Shown: positions 6,381 through 11,329 of the stretch, one piece after another
Layout of the letters: each line of letters starts with the position of its first letter
How positions within the stretch are numbered: the first letter of the stretch is position 1
Notes under the pieces: model-generated
Told to the model about the DNA's origin: nothing
The model's database searches: none
The model's input: the letters and a program-made list of their open reading frames with translations, nothing else
Source of the DNA: Abditibacteriaceae bacterium
GTDB lineage: Bacteria > Armatimonadota > Abditibacteriia > Abditibacteriales > Abditibacteriaceae
Direction: 5' to 3'
NCBI GenBank assembly: GCA_031372065.1
Contig: JANMKN010000272.1
Location: 1-11,329, forward strand
Length of the DNA stretch: 11,329 nt
Position numbers and translations under genes: made by a program

Positions 6381-6944
6381 ATGCAACTGAAAAAGACGAT
6401 GGGTTCTGCACTGGCCGGTGCCGCGTTAATCGCGAGCGCTCTGGTGCCGCAAGCTGCCAAAGCTGCCGATGCCGAAAAAGGCACACTGACCGGCATTCTG
6501 ACTGCCAAAGGCGAAGGTTGGATTGAAGTGAAAGCCGACGACGCCAAAGAAGCCAAGCGCTGGAGTCCGCGTTGGATTGGCGGCCTGCCCAAAGACGGCG
6601 GCGGATTCGACAAGGCGGTGCTTGATAGCTTCAAGAAGGTTATCGTGCCTAACCGCGTGAAACTCGATTGGGTCACAGAGGAAGGTCCGCGTGTCGTCAG
6701 CGTGCAGGCGTATGAATATGCCAAAAGCGGCACCGTCGAAGGCGAAGTCACGGCCAAAGGCGAAAACTGGGTCGATGTCAAAGCCGGGGACAAGCCTGCT
6801 GAACGCTACTCACCTCGTTGGACCGAAGGCGGCGCCGACAAAGACGCCCTGCGCGCTATCAGCGAAGTCAAAGCCGGCGACAAAGTGATCCTCGAATGGG
6901 CCTACAACGAGCGCCTGCGCATCGTCAGCCTGAAAAAGCAGTAA
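6381..6944 (+). CDS. Secreted 187-aa protein with two tandem OB-fold-like repeats; also the in-frame C-terminus of the 6021-6944 ORF
   Basis: AAAGGA (6368-6373) before ATG 6381; signal peptide MQLKKTMGSALAGAALIASALVPQAAKA. Internal duplication GTLTGILTAKGEGWIEVKA..RWSPRW / GTVEGEVTAKGENWVDVKA..RYSPRW. Confidence 0.8.
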   Translation: MQLKKTMGSALAGAALIASALVPQAAKAADAEKGTLTGILTAKGEGWIEVKADDAKEAKRWSPRWIGGLPKDGGGFDKAVLDSFKKVIVPNRVKLDWVTEEGPRVVSVQAYEYAKSGTVEGEVTAKGENWVDVKAGDKPAERYSPRWTEGGADKDALRAISEVKAGDKVILEWAYNERLRIVSLKKQ

Positions 6945-6979
6945 CTTAGAGCAGAGTTTAAGGCAAACCAATTAATGGA

Positions 6980-7020
6980 GCGCTGTCATTCTGAGCCAGC
7001 AAAGAATGACAGCGCCCTTT
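6980..7020 (+). terminator. Hairpin after the sigma/secreted-protein unit (probable terminator or REP-like element)
   Basis: 13-bp perfect stem GCGCTGTCATTCT / AGAATGACAGCGC with a 10-nt loop and a short T tail. Confidence 0.55.
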
Positions 7021-7088
7021 GGGACACTTTTCTTGGCACTGTTTTCTGTGATGGCCCTTTCTGTCATTTTTGGTATCTTCTACTAGTA

Positions 7089-7124
7089 GGGGTCACCACA
7101 GGAAACAGAAATTAAAGTCCGTTA
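7089..7124 (+). mobile_element. Tn3-family (Tn21-like) terminal inverted repeat, first 36 of 38 bp
   Basis: GGGGTCACCACAGGAAACAGAAATTAAAGTCCGTTA follows the GGGG...CG(C/T)TAAG layout of Tn21-subgroup IRs as recalled. The missing AG is found at 7597-7598. Confidence 0.75.
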
Positions 7125-7251
7125 GTGGTTCATCCGCTAAATTCTTGGTGTTAAATCGCAGGGAAGGCGCGCTCAGAAGCCGCAAATCGAGTTCGCTCTC
7201 ACAACATTGCCAACTCGCAAAAAGGGATGGAACTTAGCGGATGAACCATTA
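7123..7251 (+). mobile_element. IS630-type MITE flanked by TA
   Basis: TAGTGGTTCATCCGCTAAATTC ... GAACTTAGCGGATGAACCATTA, a 20/22 inverted match with TA at both ends and no transposase inside. Confidence 0.75.
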
Positions 7252-7361
7252 GTGCGTTGCAGTGACTCTTTTGGATTGACTGGAATCCAGCGATAAAGAG
7301 TGGGCATTGAAACACCTAAATTAGCCGCGACATCTTTGGGCGGCACACCAGCATCCAATAG
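7252..7361 (-). pseudogene. C-terminal HTH fragment of a serine resolvase/invertase (TniR/Hin-like)
   Basis: LLDAGVPPKDVAANLGVSMPTLYRWIP; an in-frame TAA lies immediately upstream and the catalytic domain is absent. Confidence 0.8.
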
Positions 7362-7474
7362 TTAACGTTCAGAATAAGCGTGCATCGAAGTGAAGGCGTT
7401 CTCCTTCGTCTGATTATTTGGCGCACGGTAAACGATAGCGGATTTGCCGGTTGACCAAACCCGCCACAGCCACC

Positions 7475-7596
7475 ACCCTTCTTCAACGCGCGATATTCTT
7501 CAACCTCTAATTTGCGAATACGAATTGGTGGTTTCATGCCCGCTTGCAGCGCAAATCGAATTGCATAACGCCAAGAACTTACCGGATGAACCATTA
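7475..7596 (-). mobile_element. Left end of an IS630-family element with truncated transposase N-terminus
   Basis: The reverse complement of 7566-7596 matches 7123-7153 at 27/31. The ATG at 7537 gives MKPPIRIRKLEVEEYRALKKG, resembling IS630 HTH N-termini, after which similarity is lost. Confidence 0.65.
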
Positions 7597-7631
7597 AGAA
7601 TTTGGCTTCCCGTTAGTGGACGGCTTTTGCA

Positions 7632-7672
7632 TGTCATGATGGGGTATACCCTAAATCAACGTCAGGATACGA
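7632..7672 (+). other. Tn21-subgroup res site I (resolvase crossover site), accessory sites apparently truncated
   Basis: TGTCATGATGGGGTATACCCTAAATCAACGTCAGGATACGA has a central palindrome GGGTATACCC and resembles the recalled Tn21/Tn501 res pattern GTCA..GGCATACCCTAA..GTCA. Confidence 0.6.
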
Positions 7673-7744
7673 CTTCCTCACCGCATGGCTTTCCGTTCGC
7701 TTTTGGTGACTGATTTTGGGGTATCACAATAGGACGAGCATTGT

Positions 7745-7768
7745 GTCGGAAAACATCTGTTGTCCGAC
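7745..7768. promoter_or_regulatory. Dyad upstream of the beta-helix gene (candidate repressor operator)
   Basis: GTCGGAAAACA-TC-TGTTGTCCGAC, 10/11 inverted match, 85 bp before ATG 7853. Confidence 0.45.
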
Positions 7769-7852
7769 TGGGCAATGGCAAAAAGGCTGCGTGAAGTCCA
7801 AGTTGCGGCGGCTGTCACGACTGTTGGGTCTACCCCAAATTGAGCGAATTTT

Positions 7853-10786
7853 ATGCGAATTCTGATGCCAATTTTAATTGCGTCTTTACTCGGCGGGCCG
7901 CTTGGTGCCGCCGAATTTTATGTTGCCCCGAATGGCGACGACACTAACAACGGCACAAAGCAAAAGCCTTTCGCTACGTTGCTCAAAGCGCAGGGCGCGG
8001 CGCGCCTTGTGTCGGCCAAAGGCACCGCCGTGAATATCTATTTGCGCGGCGGCATTTATTATTTAGCGGAGCCGATGGTATTCACTTCCGCCGATTCGGG
8101 CCACGCCAATACGCCGGTGGTTTACCGCGCTTATGAGAACGAAACACCAGTTCTCAGCGGCGGCGCAAAGTTAAGTTTGCAGTGGCAGCCTTTCCGCGAC
8201 GGCATCTTGCAGGCGAAGGTGCCCGCTGGATTTTCCAGCGACCAGTTGTTCGTCAACGGTGAGCGTCAGCACATGGCGCGCTATCCGAATTTCGACGCGA
8301 AGGTGCGACATTTTAACGGTTATGCGGCGGACGCCTTCAGCGTGCAGCGTGCGGCGCGCTGGGCCAACCCGGCGGGTGGTTTTATTCATGCCATGCACCG
8401 CGCCGAGTGGGGCGGCTATCACTATCGCATGACAGGCAAAAACGACAAAGGCGAAGTCACTTATGAAGGTGGCTGGCAGAACAATCGCCAGATGGGTATG
8501 CACCCGCAGTTTCGTATGGTGGAAAACATCTTCGAGGAACTGGACGCGCCCGGCGAATGGTTTCACGATGTCGCCCAGCAAACGTTGTATTTTTATCCGC
8601 CCGCTGGCACCGATTTAAAAACGGCCACCATCGAAGCGGTGCGCCTACGCCATCTGGTGGAATTTCGCGGCGGCGAAGCGGCGCCGGTGCAGTTCGTGTC
8701 GCTGCGCGGCCTGACGTTTCGCCATGCCGCGCGCACGTTCATGGACAACAAAGAACCGATGCTGCGAAGCGATTGGACGACCTATCGCGGCGGTGCGGTG
8801 TTTTTTGATGGCGCTGAAGATTGCGCCGTGGAAGATGCGATTTTCGACCAAGTCGGCGGCAACGCCGTTTTCGTCAACAATTACAATCGCCGCATCGCCA
8901 TTCGCGGCTGCCACATTTCTAAAGCGGGAGGCAACGGCGTGGCATTCGTCGGCGATCCCAAAGCAGTGCGCAATCCGCTTTTTGAATACAGTCAGCGCCA
9001 GAGCTTCAACGACATTGATAAAACGCCCGGTCCGCAAGGCAAAAACTATCCTGCCGATTGCCTTGTGGAAGATTGTTTAATCGAAGCCTCTGGCCGTGTG
9101 GAAAAGCAAACGGCGGGCGTGCAAATCGAAATGGCGTCGCGCATTGCAGTGCGCCATTGCAGCATCTACGATGTGCCGCGTGCGGGCATCAACATCGGCG
9201 ACGGCGCGTGGGGCGGTCACCTTATCGAAGGATGCGACGTATTCGATACGGTTCTCGAAACCGGCGATCATGGCAGCTTCAATTCGTGGGGCCGCGACCG
9301 CTTTTGGGGCTTAAAAGACATTGATCTCAACACTGTTACGCTGGGCGCAAATAAAAACCTGCCGCTGCTGGACGTGGTTGAGCCAATTACTTTGCGCGGT
9401 AACCGCTGGCGCTGCGATCACGGCTGGGATATTGATCTCGATGATGGTTCGTCGAACTACATTGTCGAAAATAATTTGTGCCTGAACGGCGGCTTGAAAA
9501 ACCGCGAAGGTTTTTATCGTGTGGTGCAAAACAACATAATCGTCAACAATTCGTTTCACCCGCACGTTTGGTATGGAAACAGCGAAGATATTTTTCGGCG
9601 CAATGTCGTGTTTACGTCTTATCGGCCTATTGGCATGAAAGCGCCGTGGGGCAAAGAAATAGATGCCAATTTTCTGCATCTAAACGCTGCGCCTGTGCGA
9701 CCCGCCGACGAATTGCAAAAGCAAAGCGGACGCGACCAAAAATCCATCGTGGGCGAGGCGCAATTCGTGGACGCCGCCAATGGCGATTACCGCGTGAAAA
9801 ATGGTTCGCCTGCGCTCAATCTCGGTTTTGTGAACTTCGCAATGGATAAATTCGGAGTGCGCGTGCCGAAGCTGCGCGCCATCGCCCGCACGCCAGAGTT
9901 GCCGGTGCCGGGCAAGGCGGTTTCCACGGATCCAAAATCGGCGCGCGACCCGAAAACAGCGTCGTGGATGGGCGCAAAAATCAAAAATGTCATCGGTCTT
10001 GGCGAAATCTCCGCTGCCGGTCTGCCCGGCGAAATCGGTGTGCGTATGGAAGATGTTCCGGCGGGCAGTCTTGCTGCACAGGCTGGCTTGCGCAGTGGCG
10101 ACATCATCCTGAAAATCGCCGGCAAAAACACGCACTCTCTGGCCGATTTTAGGCGCGAATGGCGCGCCGCTCAGGGCCAGGTGATGCTGGAAATCTGGCG
10201 CGAACAAAAATCGCAAACGCTGAAAATCACTGCCCCCGCGCCTCCTGCCGCGCTGGCCGGTGTGAAAGTGACCGTGGAAAGCAGCAACGACGGCGCGTTT
10301 AAAACAGTAACTCCGGCAGTCGGCAATGATCTGGCAACGGGCAAAGCCCTCATCGCTAATGTGCCCACCAACAACGAACCTCTAACTTCGCTGACCAACG
10401 GCAACCTTGCCAAAAACTACGGCCCGGTTTTCGGCAACGGCGTGAGCAGCGGCGTTTATAAGCTTGATTTGGGCGAAGCCAAAACCATCGCGCGGGTCAA
10501 CACCTTTTCCTTTAATCAGGGCGGTAATCGCGGCGCTCAAAAGTTCGCTTTCTACGGCAGCGCCGCCACCGCTGACCCCGGTTTCGACGTGGACACCGCG
10601 CAACAATTCACACTCATTGCGCTTGTGGACACCACTGCCGAAAAAACCGCGCTGTTCACGGCAACGAGTATCGCGCGCGATGGTGGCCTCGGCTCATTTC
10701 GCTGGCTCTTGTGGGCCGTTTCACCTGTTACAGATTTACAGGAAAACACCGCTTTTCAGGAACTCGATGTGTTCGATGCGCCTTAG
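7853..10786 (+). CDS. Secreted right-handed parallel beta-helix protein (GH141-like) with PDZ domain and C-terminal discoidin/galactose-binding-like module (977 aa)
   Basis: Signal peptide; FYVAPNGDDTNNGTKQKPFATL, IYLRGGIYYL, QLFVNGERQHMARYPN and ENIFEELDAPGEWF motifs; beta-helix rungs (WDIDLDDGSSNYIVENN). PDZ motif VPAGSLAAQAGLRSGDIILKIAGK; C-terminal LDLGEAKTIARV...FQELDVF. Confidence 0.88.
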   Translation: MRILMPILIASLLGGPLGAAEFYVAPNGDDTNNGTKQKPFATLLKAQGAARLVSAKGTAVNIYLRGGIYYLAEPMVFTSADSGHANTPVVYRAYENETPVLSGGAKLSLQWQPFRDGILQAKVPAGFSSDQLFVNGERQHMARYPNFDAKVRHFNGYAADAFSVQRAARWANPAGGFIHAMHRAEWGGYHYRMTGKNDKGEVTYEGGWQNNRQMGMHPQFRMVENIFEELDAPGEWFHDVAQQTLYFYPPAGTDLKTATIEAVRLRHLVEFRGGEAAPVQFVSLRGLTFRHAARTFMDNKEPMLRSDWTTYRGGAVFFDGAEDCAVEDAIFDQVGGNAVFVNNYNRRIAIRGCHISKAGGNGVAFVGDPKAVRNPLFEYSQRQSFNDIDKTPGPQGKNYPADCLVEDCLIEASGRVEKQTAGVQIEMASRIAVRHCSIYDVPRAGINIGDGAWGGHLIEGCDVFDTVLETGDHGSFNSWGRDRFWGLKDIDLNTVTLGANKNLPLLDVVEPITLRGNRWRCDHGWDIDLDDGSSNYIVENNLCLNGGLKNREGFYRVVQNNIIVNNSFHPHVWYGNSEDIFRRNVVFTSYRPIGMKAPWGKEIDANFLHLNAAPVRPADELQKQSGRDQKSIVGEAQFVDAANGDYRVKNGSPALNLGFVNFAMDKFGVRVPKLRAIARTPELPVPGKAVSTDPKSARDPKTASWMGAKIKNVIGLGEISAAGLPGEIGVRMEDVPAGSLAAQAGLRSGDIILKIAGKNTHSLADFRREWRAAQGQVMLEIWREQKSQTLKITAPAPPAALAGVKVTVESSNDGAFKTVTPAVGNDLATGKALIANVPTNNEPLTSLTNGNLAKNYGPVFGNGVSSGVYKLDLGEAKTIARVNTFSFNQGGNRGAQKFAFYGSAATADPGFDVDTAQQFTLIALVDTTAEKTALFTATSIARDGGLGSFRWLLWAVSPVTDLQENTAFQELDVFDAP

Positions 10787-10788
10787 TT

Positions 10789-10826
10789 GGGGTAGTAGCC
10801 TCAATTGAGAGAAAAACCGGGTTAAG
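10789..10826 (+). mobile_element. Second Tn3-family 38-bp terminal inverted repeat (left end of an element running right)
   Basis: GGGGTAGTAGCCTCAATTGAGAGAAAAACCGGGTTAAG is exactly 38 bp from GGGG to GTTAAG, with internal CTCA and GAAAA as in the recalled Tn3 IR. GC content drops downstream. Confidence 0.65.
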
Positions 10827-10893
10827 GATTTAAGAAGCAGCAGAAAAGTGAGTAACAGCGGGGCCGTCGAAGGGAAAAATGCGCAGAATCAGG

Positions 10894-10947
10894 TTACAGC
10901 ACACTCTAACGTAGTTCGCTTTACAGCGCACTCTAACGTAGTTCGCT
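10894..10947 (+). repeat. 27-bp tandem duplication
   Basis: TTACAGC(A/G)CACTCTAACGTAGTTCGCT x2, 26/27 identical. Confidence 0.9.
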
Positions 10948-11030
10948 GCTGGGGCTGCATACCCGCATATTAAACACGCTAAAGCGTTAAAATTGATGTA
11001 AGCCCTTTTAAATTTCCACTAAAATACTGC

Positions 11031-11058
11031 TTGACTTTTATATAATATTTTGTATAAT
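11031..11058 (+). promoter_or_regulatory. Sigma-70 promoter with overlapping palindrome, driving the toxin gene (probably leaderless)
   Basis: TTGACT-16 bp-TATAAT; imperfect palindrome TTATATAATATTTTGTATAA (11038-11057); GTG start 7 nt downstream with no Shine-Dalgarno. Confidence 0.7.
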
Positions 11059-11065
11059 TCATAGC

Positions 11066-11227
11066 GTGAGCACAAAGCGTTCCGCCAAAGACAATGAGCC
11101 AAAGCCGGTTATCTGGATTTCCTCTTCATTGGAGGATTTAAAAGAGTTTCCAGTGACAGTGAGGCGTGAAGTGGGATTTGCTTTGGATAAAGGGTCATGT
11201 TACAGAAATGATGCTGAGGGAGCATAA
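11066..11227 (+). pseudogene. Type II TA toxin, RelE/HigB-like Gp49 family, truncated after about 42 codons by IS1-family insertion
   Basis: GTG start; reads MSTKRSAKDNEPKPVIWISSSLEDLKEFPVTVRREVGFALDK (KPxxWxxSSxxDLxxFP..RRExGxAL motif), then runs into the IS to TAA at 11225-11227. Not in the ORF track. Confidence 0.8.
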
Positions 11228-11329
11228 AGCCTCGGACAGGCTCTTTTTGGGATGTGAAAACCGAAAAGAACACCTGTCCGAGGTGTGGCAGTGGCCACAT
11301 CAAAAAGAATGGCACAACTCCTCAAGGCA
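11193..11329 (+). mobile_element. Left end of an IS1-family insertion sequence
   Basis: Starts GGTCATGTTACAG (GGTnnTG IS1-type end) exactly where toxin homology stops, followed by an InsA-like zinc finger. Confidence 0.75.
11254..11329 (+). CDS. insA: IS1-family transposase N-terminal zinc ribbon (InsA-like), 3' partial
   Basis: GTG start; MKTEKNTCPRCGSGHIKKNGTTPQG matches the CPxCxS..IxKNG...G motif. Confidence 0.75.
   Translation, partial: MKTEKNTCPRCGSGHIKKNGTTPQG

Noticed and set aside
7173..7358. 61-aa ORF as an intact gene or as the recombinase for the 55-bp repeat
   Set aside because: It holds only an HTH fragment reading through into a MITE; there is no catalytic domain.
8171..10808. 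Many short alternative-frame and antisense ORFs within the 977-aa gene
   Set aside because: They are GC-rich shadow ORFs without recognisable motifs.

Overview
Mosaic accessory region of a bacterial genome, carrying envelope and signalling genes plus fragments of at least four mobile-element families. From left to right: an IS3-family right end (1-139) truncates a secreted TolB/PD40 beta-propeller gene. A frameshifted Nuc-type PLD nuclease pseudogene follows, then three small membrane ORFs that each carry the same upstream motif. A secreted 300-aa gene is bracketed by a 55-bp inverted repeat, whose right arm is centred on the start codon of a receiver-domain gene with a 9x18-bp repeat tail. 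An ECF sigma factor with a membrane-anchored extension changes to the -1 frame at a C5 run / A_AAA_AAG site; the -1 frame contains a nested signal-peptide start. Next is a Tn21-like 38-bp IR split by IS630-type ends, with a res site I beside it. A 977-aa secreted beta-helix (GH141-like)/PDZ protein follows. The window ends with a second Tn3-like IR and a RelE/Gp49-type toxin gene cut by an IS1-family element. The most interesting unexplained structures are the 55-bp inverted repeat and the frameshifted ECF with a nested gene. All family assignments come from motif recognition by eye; no database search was run.
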